Assembly (NCBI GenBank): GCA_003345555.1
Contig: PRDJ01000068.1
Span: forward strand, 1-32,000
DNA: 32,000 nucleotides
Source: Candidatus Thorarchaeota archaeon
GTDB taxonomy: Archaea > Asgardarchaeota > Thorarchaeia > Thorarchaeales > Thorarchaeaceae
Direction: 5' to 3'
The notes below the pieces were generated by a model. It was given only the letters and a program-made list of their open reading frames with translations, did not search any database and was not told the origin of the DNA. The translations under genes and the position numbers were made by a program. Below, piece after piece: positions 17,011-26,294 of the stretch; positions within the stretch are counted from its first letter, which is position 1, and every line of letters begins with the position of its first letter.

Positions 17011-18974
17011 ACACTCTCGGAAGATTTGGAATGCAGATTTGCACCTGTTTCAAATTCAGCATCGAAGCTGGCTATGGCATCATCTACGAGTCGTTGATTC
17101 ACCGATCTCGGAATATAGGTGGCCGCCGGGGGTTCCTCAGACACGATCAGGAAGATTCCTTCATTGTTACGTGCTACAAATTGGTAGGTCGATTCCTTTG
17201 TCCCACGCACTCTGACAGAAACATCGCGGTTCTCTTGGAGAAGTGACTCATAGATACTAGTCAGCAGTTCGATTGCGGAGTCGTCGTCTTCCCATTGTTT
17301 GGCTACTAGCACCTTCATCTTGGCTCCGCGTCTGATGACATGGATGAGGGTCTCAATTCGCGCTCGCGCAACGTTCGGAATAGAACGTGTCCATCCCAGT
17401 GAGACTCTGACAGTATCACCCTTGCGTGAAACTGAGTAGACTTCGGTATCAGCCAGATCCCCTATCTGATCATACCCTTCAGCGAAGCTGGCTGAGGCCC
17501 TCGGAGGAATCCCTGTTGTCATTTCGATGGTGTCTGCTGCAAGTCGTGCGAGATTCAGACCACTCAACCTTCCAATTTCTGAATCCAATTCTGCACGTCT
17601 AAGTTCAAGCCTTCTGAAGGCGCTCATCTCAGCATTCCCCAATGCAGAAATCAGAGTCTCTAGAGTTGCAGCATAATGGAACGGATGCGAAGTCCTGTCA
17701 CCGCGGATGTATCCATCATTCTCTAGGGAAGCTAGGGCACGATAGACTTGGGAGCGGCGGATGTCTTTCTTGCCGCTTTCTTCTTTGATTTGCTCATAGA
17801 TGCTTCGAAAGTCGGTGGGATTGCCAAGTCTGTGTTGTTTCTGGAGGACGATTCTGAGAACAGAGAATCGCTCTTCGTTTGAGTTGAAACCTACTAGGTC
17901 GAGAGCTGCAGCGATTTGTTCGTCCTTGGTGTGCACTTCGTCACCATCGTTTGTTGCCACATATGCTCGGCTCAAGGGCTTCTCGTGCTTCTCCAGTCTT
18001 CCTGCGGCAGGGTCTGTTGATGAGATCCGTTTCGCACCAGCTTCCACTATGCTTCTGGCATCTTGCCAAATCGCATCAAAGACCGAATTCGATGTATCTA
18101 TGATGTCGGGGTTGAACTCTCGGGTTATCCATGCGACGGTCACCGGATCTTCTGACACGACAAGGGCCATGTACTGCTCGCCGAATGTAGCCGCGTGGTA
18201 TGCGTCTTGTCTGTCACAGAGTTTCATCTGTACAGTCAGCTTTTGTCCTTCACTGGATTCGTGAGTATCGGTCCGCTTTCCTTTCCCCATCTGGGCGGCA
18301 GCACCAGAAGGAGCATTTTCGAGGCGGGCATATAGAAGGCAACGCACCTCTGCACCATTGCGTGCCGCGCGAGCGATTCCATCGATGAGCTTCTCTTGTT
18401 CGTCAAGAAACGGACTGAAGGATACGATCGTCACTCGAATGATATCGCCCTTGCGAGCAATGTCCCCCATATTGTAACCGATTGCTCTCTTGATGTCGTC
18501 CTCGCCAGTGATGAGCCTAGAGCTTATCCTGTGTCTGTGCCCCGTCAACTCTTCGACAAGGTCCTGTGCAAGGGTTGCACAGTCGAGGTTGGCAATTGCC
18601 TTCTCTTGGGCTTCAACTGATCCAATCTCCTGTACGATTTCACTCTTCACACGTTTTCTGAGCTTTCTCAGGCCGTTTTCCACAATCGACGCATTAGTGA
18701 AATACCCGGTCCTTCGATTGCCGTCTGCAATCATCTGCACCAGTCCAATCCCGACAAGAGTCCTGAGAGTCCTCTTGGCTGTGGCCTTGGAGAGCTTGCC
18801 GCCCGGTTCGAGTCGACCAAGAAGGCCGGAAGCTTCAGAGGGAGTGAGAGGATTCTCATGGTCCCTCTTACTCTCCAACATCGCCTTCAGTAGTTGTGAA
18901 ATCAATGCGGCTTGGATAGTGTCTAGTCGTATAGCAAGAGACTCAAGTGTGGAGGTCAGCAGGTCGTCGACCAA
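17007..18974 (-). CDS. Tandem double TrmB-like regulator (two wHTH/coiled-coil/PLD-fold modules)
   Basis: Module 1: KATAKRTLRTLVGIGLV...VSEDPVTVAWITREFNPDII. Module 2: RSQVYRALASLENDGYI...VSEEPPAATYIPRSVNQRLV. Confidence 0.7.
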   Translation of the reverse strand: MVDDLLTSTLESLAIRLDTIQAALISQLLKAMLESKRDHENPLTPSEASGLLGRLEPGGKLSKATAKRTLRTLVGIGLVQMIADGNRRTGYFTNASIVENGLRKLRKRVKSEIVQEIGSVEAQEKAIANLDCATLAQDLVEELTGHRHRISSRLITGEDDIKRAIGYNMGDIARKGDIIRVTIVSFSPFLDEQEKLIDGIARAARNGAEVRCLLYARLENAPSGAAAQMGKGKRTDTHESSEGQKLTVQMKLCDRQDAYHAATFGEQYMALVVSEDPVTVAWITREFNPDIIDTSNSVFDAIWQDARSIVEAGAKRISSTDPAAGRLEKHEKPLSRAYVATNDGDEVHTKDEQIAAALDLVGFNSNEERFSVLRIVLQKQHRLGNPTDFRSIYEQIKEESGKKDIRRSQVYRALASLENDGYIRGDRTSHPFHYAATLETLISALGNAEMSAFRRLELRRAELDSEIGRLSGLNLARLAADTIEMTTGIPPRASASFAEGYDQIGDLADTEVYSVSRKGDTVRVSLGWTRSIPNVARARIETLIHVIRRGAKMKVLVAKQWEDDDSAIELLTSIYESLLQENRDVSVRVRGTKESTYQFVARNNEGIFLIVSEEPPAATYIPRSVNQRLVDDAIASFDAEFETGANLHSKSSESV

Positions 18975-18977
18975 AGG

Positions 18978-20033
18978 TTAGGTTCCTCCACTTGCCACTA
19001 TTGTGGCTGCCGCTTTCAATGCCTCAAGGAAGAACGAGGGTTTGGTTGTGGGCACACCGAGTTCCGGATGCTTGGGGTCCTGTATGAGGGGCGTTAGTCC
19101 TTGCCAGATTTGTTCGAATGACGCAATCGCCGCCTCAATAAGGTCCGGGTTGAATCTCCTGCTGACCCACATGGCCGCCATCGGGTCTTCTGAAACCAGA
19201 ATCACCATGTTGTCTTTGTTGAGGCTGGTGAGGTGGTAGAGACCGGTATGTCCTGTATCTATCCTTAGGTCCAGTTTCAGCCCTTTCTGCCGTGCACCAT
19301 ATGCTTTGACAAAAAACTCGACTAACGCGTTCTCGGGGAAAACTTCGGCAAGAAAGTCGTCCGCACTGAGAACGTCCACAGTAACGAGACAACGCACCTC
19401 TGCTCCACTCTCGGCAGCTCTGAGGGTTCGATTGACCCCTTCTGTGATTCCTCCTCTGAACGGCCTGAGTTGTAGCTGGGCGATTCTTATGACATCCCCC
19501 GGTACCGCCTTCTCGTATATCTCAGCGTCTGCAAAATCGGCGTAGGATTGGAGCCCCTTTAGAAGTCCCGAGTTTGGTTGTTGAGCCCGGCCCGCTGTCT
19601 TTCCTTCAAGAACCCTGGCAACGTCGCTGAAATTGAAAGCCGATAACTCGTTCGACCGGGCTTGTAGTGCCGCCCTTCGCTTCTCCAAGCTTGACAGGGT
19701 TCGACCCTTGAGCTGCTCCAATCCCGCGACAATCGTGTTGATATCCGAAATATACTTCTTGCGTGATTCACTCTCATTCTCGACCCTAATCATCTGCATA
19801 TTCGACAACTGATCCAGCACTTTGCGGACCCATCCCTTGCTGAGTGCGGTGCCCGGTTCTGCCCGCAGAAGGGAACCATGTATCTCTGAAACGTCCAGAG
19901 ATCTTGACGGTGTTGACTGTATTCTCATCATCGCTCGCAGAACGCTCAGGGGCCGAGTATCGGGACCGAAGCCAAGTTGTGTCAATGATCTCTCAAGTTT
20001 TTGGCGCGATGAAAGCGCCGGAGATTCCCGCAT
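18978..20033 (-). CDS. TrmB-like regulator (wHTH, coiled coil, PLD-fold effector domain)
   Basis: KGWVRKVLDQLSNMQMIRV...RKKYIS, GAEVRCLV, and VSEDPMAAMWVSRRFNPDLIEAAIASFEQIW. Confidence 0.7.
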   Translation of the reverse strand: MRESPALSSRQKLERSLTQLGFGPDTRPLSVLRAMMRIQSTPSRSLDVSEIHGSLLRAEPGTALSKGWVRKVLDQLSNMQMIRVENESESRKKYISDINTIVAGLEQLKGRTLSSLEKRRAALQARSNELSAFNFSDVARVLEGKTAGRAQQPNSGLLKGLQSYADFADAEIYEKAVPGDVIRIAQLQLRPFRGGITEGVNRTLRAAESGAEVRCLVTVDVLSADDFLAEVFPENALVEFFVKAYGARQKGLKLDLRIDTGHTGLYHLTSLNKDNMVILVSEDPMAAMWVSRRFNPDLIEAAIASFEQIWQGLTPLIQDPKHPELGVPTTKPSFFLEALKAAATIVASGGT

Positions 20034-20258
20034 GACGTTTTCCTAAAGCGATTGTCTATTAGATTAGATGCCGAATCACGAGTCTTTCGACTAGTAGCTT
20101 CTAGGTTGTAGACAAAACTCGTGCTCTTAAGCAGGATTGTCCTTAGATAGCATGCAGGGCAACCGAATAGTTCGATTCTCAAGGACTAGGCCGTTATCGG
20201 CCACCATCGGGTAGGGGACGGGAGACCCGCAGTTTGCCGCACTCGGACTGAGTTACGC

Positions 20259-21485
20259 CTAGGGCCCTACAACAGCAATGCTCCTGACGTAGCCCATGCC
20301 AAGTCGAGCTACCAGTGGAAGAAAGTCAGTCAGAAGAGACATTGCGGTCCCGGGACTCACGTGTCCCTGAATTACCTCGTTCAGGGTCTTCGCGTCGAGC
20401 TGACTAAGAACCTTCTCAGCGGCCGCGATGGGATCATTCAACATGGCATACCTTGAAACAGCCCACATCCCCATCGCCGTGTTTTGTATGCTGTGAGCAA
20501 GCTTGGTCTTTCTGTACTCTTTCTCGTATAGGACTGTGTTGCGAGCAGAGAAGTCATTTTGCTCGGTCATGCGTTTCGCATGGCGTGCAAGTAGCGCGCC
20601 TGCGTGGAGGCACGTTGTCACTCCGCCGCCCACGATTGAAGAGACCTGCCCCGCCGAATTGCCGCATAGCGCAACGCCAGCGCCAGTGAACTTGGGGATC
20701 AGTCCGGCACAGGGAACAACTCCACCATTTACGTTGACGATTCGGGCGTTGGGCCCCAGATGCTCTCTAATGTACTTCTGCAGAACATCTTTCATGGGTG
20801 GCAGAGCATTCCAGTTATTCTTGGAAGATGGAACACGTCCTATTCCCAAGTTTGTCTCTGTTCTGCTCCTTGGATAGAGCCACAGATAGCCAAGGCCGAC
20901 GTCACGGCCAACATAGAAGTATGCAGTGTTTGGATCGTCTATCCTGCAGTCTGCGAGTTTGAACCGATAGCCGTATGAAAGCAACCATTTTGGATGAGTG
21001 AATCCAGCCGTCGAAGAGATGCGGCTGAAAGATCCATCAGCCCCGACAGTAAGGCCAGCCCTGACGGTTTGGTCTTGGTTGTAGCGTACTCCGACAACCT
21101 GATCGCCTTGCTTGACTACTGAATCTGCCCTTGCTTTGAACACGAATTGTGCGCCGTTCGAAGTGGCACGATTAGACAGGAGAAGTTGGACTTTGTCTTC
21201 GTCGAGAAGATATGAGCTGCCAAGTAGTCCACGATCCACAGCGATGTGGGCCCCTGTGTCTAGGCTCTCCCCCACAATCCTGTTGAATTTGTTAGTGACA
21301 CACTCTGAATCCGGCTTGATGCGCAACAACCTCAGGGCCTTGTCAGTGACAAGCTCGCCCATGAGAGAATCAGTGACAGCTGCATGCTTCTCAAGAAGCA
21401 CCGCTTTCAAACCGTAACGTGATGCTTGTTCTGCAGCAATCAGACCTGCTGGCCCTGCGCCCGCAATGACGACGTCAGAATTCAT
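20259..21485 (-). CDS. Geranylgeranyl reductase family FAD-dependent oxidoreductase (DGGGPL reductase-like)
   Basis: DVVIAGAGPAG, VGADG, GYLWLYP (YxWxFP-like), and GNSAGQVSSIVGGG. Start reassigned to MNSDVV at 21485. Confidence 0.85.
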   Translation of the reverse strand: MNSDVVIAGAGPAGLIAAEQASRYGLKAVLLEKHAAVTDSLMGELVTDKALRLLRIKPDSECVTNKFNRIVGESLDTGAHIAVDRGLLGSSYLLDEDKVQLLLSNRATSNGAQFVFKARADSVVKQGDQVVGVRYNQDQTVRAGLTVGADGSFSRISSTAGFTHPKWLLSYGYRFKLADCRIDDPNTAYFYVGRDVGLGYLWLYPRSRTETNLGIGRVPSSKNNWNALPPMKDVLQKYIREHLGPNARIVNVNGGVVPCAGLIPKFTGAGVALCGNSAGQVSSIVGGGVTTCLHAGALLARHAKRMTEQNDFSARNTVLYEKEYRKTKLAHSIQNTAMGMWAVSRYAMLNDPIAAAEKVLSQLDAKTLNEVIQGHVSPGTAMSLLTDFLPLVARLGMGYVRSIAVVGP

Positions 21486-21643
21486 GCTTCGACACCAGGA
21501 ATTGGAGAGGGATGCTTGAGCCGACGCTTGTGACAGGTCTATATGCTTTTCCAAGCGACCGGAATGTAGCAAGGCTGCTCGGATATGTTAAAAGGAGATT
21601 CAATCCTAGAAGGTCCAGAAAGCCGACAGGGGCGCAGTCGCCA

Positions 21644-22528
21644 ATGAAGGCAAAATCGATTGCATGGTCAGTCTACATGGTGCTGTCACTGTTGGTCAGC
21701 GTCACTGTGGCATCCATCCCTGCCATTACATTATTCCTGTTCTTCTTTCAGAAAGTCGACAGCGCCTTTGTCCTGATTGGGTTGCCCTTCAACCTGTTCA
21801 AGGATTTCTTTCAAGGACTTCTTGGTTCAGTTCTTCCGTCGTTTTTCTTCGACCATTTCTGGTTCGTGGTACTAATAGTCCCAATCGCACTCTTCTGTTA
21901 CGCCATCTTCTTGGGATTCCTACTCGTTATGTTCAGGTTATCGAGGCGGGCGTTCCCTCGCCTGAGAGACGGCTACTATCCGATGGAAACCGGGCAATGG
22001 CTTCTCCATGAATACTATGAGATCTACTATGTGCTCACCCCGTACTTTGCATGGTTCTTCTCCGTCTTTCTGAACACCAAGCCGCGGCACACTTGGTTTG
22101 GAGCGAAAATCGGAAAGAACAGCATCATTGGCAACGGACTTCTGTTCAACCCAGAGAGAATCATTATCGGGGACAATTGCTGGTTCGGCTACAATGCAAT
22201 CGTGAGTGGGCACGTGTATGAGGGTGGCAGACTGTACATCAAGACTGTACGGATCGGCAATAACGTCACTGTAGGCGCCAACACATGCATAATGCCCGGC
22301 GTGGAGATAGGGGATAATGTCATCATTGGAGCGAACACGATGGTTCCGAAGGACAGGGTTATCCCCGCGAATTCAATATGGGTTCATGGAAAGGTGGCCT
22401 CCCGGAAGGCGGAGTCTTCTGAAACCGACCCGTCTGAGCTGCGGGTGGGCCGATTGACAGTCCGTAACACGGCAGATGAAGGTTCTCACAGAGAGTCGAA
22501 TGCCGGGAAGTCTGATGAAGCGAGCTGA
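21644..22528 (+). CDS. Membrane-anchored hexapeptide-repeat (left-handed beta-helix) acyltransferase
   Basis: Two or three N-terminal hydrophobic segments, then GAKIGKNSII, IIIGDNCWFG, VRIGNNVTVGAN, and VEIGDNVIIGAN. Start taken at MKAKS (21644). Confidence 0.8.
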   Translation: MKAKSIAWSVYMVLSLLVSVTVASIPAITLFLFFFQKVDSAFVLIGLPFNLFKDFFQGLLGSVLPSFFFDHFWFVVLIVPIALFCYAIFLGFLLVMFRLSRRAFPRLRDGYYPMETGQWLLHEYYEIYYVLTPYFAWFFSVFLNTKPRHTWFGAKIGKNSIIGNGLLFNPERIIIGDNCWFGYNAIVSGHVYEGGRLYIKTVRIGNNVTVGANTCIMPGVEIGDNVIIGANTMVPKDRVIPANSIWVHGKVASRKAESSETDPSELRVGRLTVRNTADEGSHRESNAGKSDEAS

Positions 22529-22560
22529 GGTCACCTTGCTCACGTAACCAGGGAATCAAT

Positions 22561-23991
22561 ATGTCCGCATCAAAGCCGAAGTATTCGCCTAGGGGCTACC
22601 AGACCTATATTCTAGACAGGATTTCTCAGCTGCGCGGCACGAATGTGCTTCTTGAACTCGATTGCGGTCTAGGAAAGAGGTACATAACGCACCAGATTGT
22701 GGCCAAGCGCTTTCCTGAGTCGAAGACGCTGATCGTGGTCCATTCTTCATCATCATTGGCTGAGACCGTAGACTACCTGAAAGGGGAATACGGCGGACTT
22801 GAAGAGGAATTGGGTGAGCTGTCTTCAAGGGTTCCTTCGGGCAGAAGAATAAGAGAGATTAGAGAGAAGCGCGTGATTGTCGCGACTCCACAGGTCCTTG
22901 TTTCTCTGGCAAGCTCCAATATCAGTCTGTTTGATTCATTCGAGATTCTGCTTGTTAACGAAGTGGACACACTCGTCAGAAGAACAGGGACAGCGTCGAC
23001 ACTGGTCTATCCTTGGTCGACTTTGTTAACACTATTTAAGGGCAAGTGGCTCATAGGCATGAGCGGTACTCTAAGGGACGATCATGCAGTCTTCACAGAA
23101 GATCAGCTGGAAATAAGAAATGAGCTCATCACACTAAAGGAGCACATTCGCGGCGCTGTAGTAATCACTATGGAGGAGCTCTATGGCACGGATGTGGAGG
23201 AGTTTCTTGAAGAGACCTTCCTAGGCGTGAGTCTGGTGAACGATGCGAATATCAGGTCACTGTCCACCGTGCTGGATGAACTGATTCGAGGCACTCGAGC
23301 TGAAATCATGAAGGCTCTCTCGGAGAATGACAACATCCAACTCGTCGAAGGCGACTCGAGAAGAGTGCATCTTCTTCTTGACAGATTGCCTATTGCCGAT
23401 GAGCTCAAAGGACGTTACTCGTCTCTCCTGCTGTTGCGCAAGTACGTGTATGCAATGCCGCCCAGACAGTTCTTGAAGTCCTTCCGCGGAGACTATGTAA
23501 GGCACTACTTTGACGCAACCGAACTCAGCAGGGTTCTCCCAACTGTGTCTGCTAAATCCCTAAGGGTTCTCGAACTCGCTGCAAGACGTTCCAAAACCGT
23601 CGTACTTTCCTCCTACCTTGAGATGGTAGAGCAGGTCCGGGACGTTCTTGAGAAGTCCGGCCTCTCCGTTCTTACTGTGACAGGCGGAACCAGAGACAAG
23701 GGCGAGGTTCTCCGAGAGTTCAGAGAAGACCCTGAGAAGAAGGTTCTCGTGATGTCGCCAGTTGGTGAACGTGATCTTGACATTCCTCAAGCGGAATTGA
23801 TGGTTGTTTGTGACACTATCAATACAACGAAGACAATGTATCAGAAGTTCAAACGCACAAGAGGCGGACTAGTGCTGTTACTCGCCTACGGCGGCACATC
23901 GGAAGAGCGCAAGGTGCGAAGACTAATGAAGTCGACCTTGGAGAGATACCCGTGGTCCACTGCCGTCATAGAGTCTAATCCAGCCGGATGA
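22561..23991 (+). CDS. SF2 Hef/FANCM-like helicase-fold protein with degenerate motifs
   Basis: PRGYQ (Q motif), LDCGLGKR (I), ATPQVL (Ib), NEVD (II), MSGT (III), MSPVGERDLDIP (V), and QKFKRTRG (VI). Confidence 0.8.
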   Translation: MSASKPKYSPRGYQTYILDRISQLRGTNVLLELDCGLGKRYITHQIVAKRFPESKTLIVVHSSSSLAETVDYLKGEYGGLEEELGELSSRVPSGRRIREIREKRVIVATPQVLVSLASSNISLFDSFEILLVNEVDTLVRRTGTASTLVYPWSTLLTLFKGKWLIGMSGTLRDDHAVFTEDQLEIRNELITLKEHIRGAVVITMEELYGTDVEEFLEETFLGVSLVNDANIRSLSTVLDELIRGTRAEIMKALSENDNIQLVEGDSRRVHLLLDRLPIADELKGRYSSLLLLRKYVYAMPPRQFLKSFRGDYVRHYFDATELSRVLPTVSAKSLRVLELAARRSKTVVLSSYLEMVEQVRDVLEKSGLSVLTVTGGTRDKGEVLREFREDPEKKVLVMSPVGERDLDIPQAELMVVCDTINTTKTMYQKFKRTRGGLVLLLAYGGTSEERKVRRLMKSTLERYPWSTAVIESNPAG

Positions 23992-24072
23992 ATGCTTCAC
24001 TTCCCTTAGCCTAGTGTAAAGCCAAATGCAGGGTCGAGACTTGCTGGATTCTTCCCGAAGTAAGAAGAAAGC

Positions 24073-24101
24073 TGCAGGCCGTCATGTGGTTGCGGCCTGC
24101 A
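24073..24101. terminator. GC-rich hairpin between convergent genes
   Basis: TGCAGGCCG-N11-CGGCCTGCA, a perfect 9-bp stem. On the minus strand it is followed by CTTTCTTCTTACTT. Confidence 0.5.
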
Positions 24102-24112
24102 TGATGTACATT

Positions 24113-25033
24113 CTAAGCTGACCCACCCGCGGACACATAGACCGCGGTGAATAGGTTAAACAAAGGCTCATCGAACGCCGGTTCAACAGTCGAGTACACG
24201 AACTTGCACATGTCGATGAACTCCTTGGTTCGTGCGTCGGCATCCGAGCCGGGACCCAGGATCTTCTCAGCTGACCTCGTTAGTGACCTGACAATGCCTC
24301 GAGCCCTCTTCTCCTGCTCGAGTATCTTCGTTGCGTCCTGTTCTATCCTCTGTATGACGCTCTTGATTCTAATGTCCGCAATCTTGTCAGAGCCCATCGA
24401 TTTGACCAAGTCCATGAGAACGTCGAGCGTGCCATTGTGAAGTCCATTGACCAGGGACTCAATCTCATACGCGGTGAACTTTATCTTATCATCATCGACG
24501 GACAATTCCCATTTCAGGTCGCTGGTTCTCTGTACGCCAATCCTGCGTTTTCCAATCACGATATTCTCTTGGTAGAATCGACTGTCAATGCTCGTGATTA
24601 TCGCCGTCTTGAGCAGTGCAGATTCATGTAGCTTGAGCCGCAGCGATTTGCCGCCACTTTTGACGGCTACGCAGAATCCATCCTGCGGCTGAACCTTTTG
24701 GGCATAATCCGATGAAGGAAGCGCCTGTACGGGTGGGAGATGCCTGAGCACCTCTGCAACCTCTCTAACTTCCTCCTCTGTACAGCTGTATGAGTGCCCA
24801 TCCCCGGATACTATTAAGGCACCATCAGGTGTTCTTTCAAAGTCAATCTTGTTACCGCTTCCCACGTCCGTGGTCTTTACATAGCTCTGCTTGTAGCTAC
24901 GTGCGGTCTGTGCTAGCTTCTCGAGAGCCGCTGCTACCATATGTGCTTCGCCGTATCCCAGAGTAATCTCAGCAATGCCTTCGGAGCCACGTCCGAGGCC
25001 CACGGCCCCGTCCTTTCGAATCTTGACGTACAA
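24113..25033 (-). CDS. Hypothetical protein with four beta-beta-beta-alpha repeats and a helical C-terminus
   Basis: Long ORF with coding-like composition. Likely start is TTG at 25033 (GGTG 7 nt upstream); GTG at 25063 is an alternative. Confidence 0.75.
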   Translation of the reverse strand: MYVKIRKDGAVGLGRGSEGIAEITLGYGEAHMVAAALEKLAQTARSYKQSYVKTTDVGSGNKIDFERTPDGALIVSGDGHSYSCTEEEVREVAEVLRHLPPVQALPSSDYAQKVQPQDGFCVAVKSGGKSLRLKLHESALLKTAIITSIDSRFYQENIVIGKRRIGVQRTSDLKWELSVDDDKIKFTAYEIESLVNGLHNGTLDVLMDLVKSMGSDKIADIRIKSVIQRIEQDATKILEQEKRARGIVRSLTRSAEKILGPGSDADARTKEFIDMCKFVYSTVEPAFDEPLFNLFTAVYVSAGGSA

Positions 25034-25131
25034 CGATAAACACCTATCTCTCAACACGAGCACGTGCAGAAAACCGTTGTGGGGAGGGACAATCCTCGCA
25101 TGTTGTGCTGGTTCTTATCGGAACGGCGCCT

Positions 25132-26256
25132 TCATGGAACAGGTTTGACTGCCTCCAGTGGTTGGCTCCAATACCCTTTGCTCAGTTCATGCAGTTTTCC
25201 CATATCGCCCAGGGGGTGTATCATCGCCGCCGATTCTCCGGCACGAAAGAACCTGGCCCGCTGGCATGCGCGAAACGTGACAGTGTCTCGCGGGTCGACG
25301 TAAATGGTTGCTGCAACACAATCGAAATGGTCCGCTGCTGCCTTTCTCAGCTTCATCAGAATTTCCGCAATAGTCTCAGTGTCTCGTCCGTCCTCTGTAA
25401 TAACCAAGTTCGATATGTTGGCCAAGCGTACAGGCCTTCTCCACATCATTGCCGTGATCGATGATATCGTTGCGATACCGACTGTCTGTGAGGGACTTGT
25501 AACCTCAAACACGCCGACACTTCCCTCTGGTCTTTGACCGCAAAACCATCTGCAGTATTCCTCTCCCATCATCAGACAACCATTCCTCTGCTTCTGAGTC
25601 TCATGTTGAGCAAAAAGCGAGGGCCGAATGTCAGCGCCTTCTATTACTCTCAGCTTCGTACTGCCAGTGAAATGCCTGATGCTCCTGATACTGAGAATCG
25701 AGTCGATGAACAGGATGGGAATAGATGGCAAGAAGCCAACAGCAGTGGTTCCGTTTTCTTTGCGCAACGGAGAAACCATGGTGACGGGCTTGACAAGCGT
25801 TCTGAAGCCGAGTGCGCGGTAAATCCTGATTGCGCCCCCGTGTGGATTTGCAGTGAGGTGCATGGCCCAGCAGCCCCGCTTCTTTGCCAGTTCGATTGCC
25901 TGAGTCATCAGATTAGTTGCGTGCCCCTGGTGTCGGTGAGCAGGATGAGTTGACACATCGCCAATAATGGCAACCAGCTTCGGCAATCCATTGACGAGCA
26001 TCTCGACATACGTCATGACGAGCGCGGATATGATTCTGCCCGACTCTTGGACGAGAAACACTGAGTGAGGGTCAAAACCCGGACAACTCAAGTACCTCCA
26101 TCTCCAGAGTTCCGGAGAAAAAGGAAGGTACAATCCGCTCTGACCAAAGCAGAGATTGAAGAGTCGCGCTATCGCAGACTCGTCACCCTTTCTGTACGTA
26201 CGTACCTCGGACAATGTATCGGTGTGTCGCTTCAAGGTCTTTGCAGACTTCTGCAC
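25132..26256 (-). CDS. GNAT family N-acetyltransferase (two-domain, Eis/FemAB-like length)
   Basis: VRTYRKGDESAIARLFNLCF, IGDVSTHPAHRHQGHATNLM (motif A), and IRIYRALGF. Confidence 0.85.
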   Translation of the reverse strand: MQKSAKTLKRHTDTLSEVRTYRKGDESAIARLFNLCFGQSGLYLPFSPELWRWRYLSCPGFDPHSVFLVQESGRIISALVMTYVEMLVNGLPKLVAIIGDVSTHPAHRHQGHATNLMTQAIELAKKRGCWAMHLTANPHGGAIRIYRALGFRTLVKPVTMVSPLRKENGTTAVGFLPSIPILFIDSILSIRSIRHFTGSTKLRVIEGADIRPSLFAQHETQKQRNGCLMMGEEYCRWFCGQRPEGSVGVFEVTSPSQTVGIATISSITAMMWRRPVRLANISNLVITEDGRDTETIAEILMKLRKAAADHFDCVAATIYVDPRDTVTFRACQRARFFRAGESAAMIHPLGDMGKLHELSKGYWSQPLEAVKPVP

Positions 26257-26294
26257 ATGAGTGTTTAAGTACCCGGCGCTAATGAACTAGTCTC

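Noticed and set aside
16054-20033. Active PLD nuclease or defence system
   Set aside because: None of the four modules has an intact HxKxxxxD motif, and no helicase or methylase partner is in the operon.
20165-20185. GTTCGATTCTC resembling a tRNA T-loop
   Set aside because: The flanks (AATAG/CTCAA) cannot form a T-stem, and no acceptor or anticodon arms are present.
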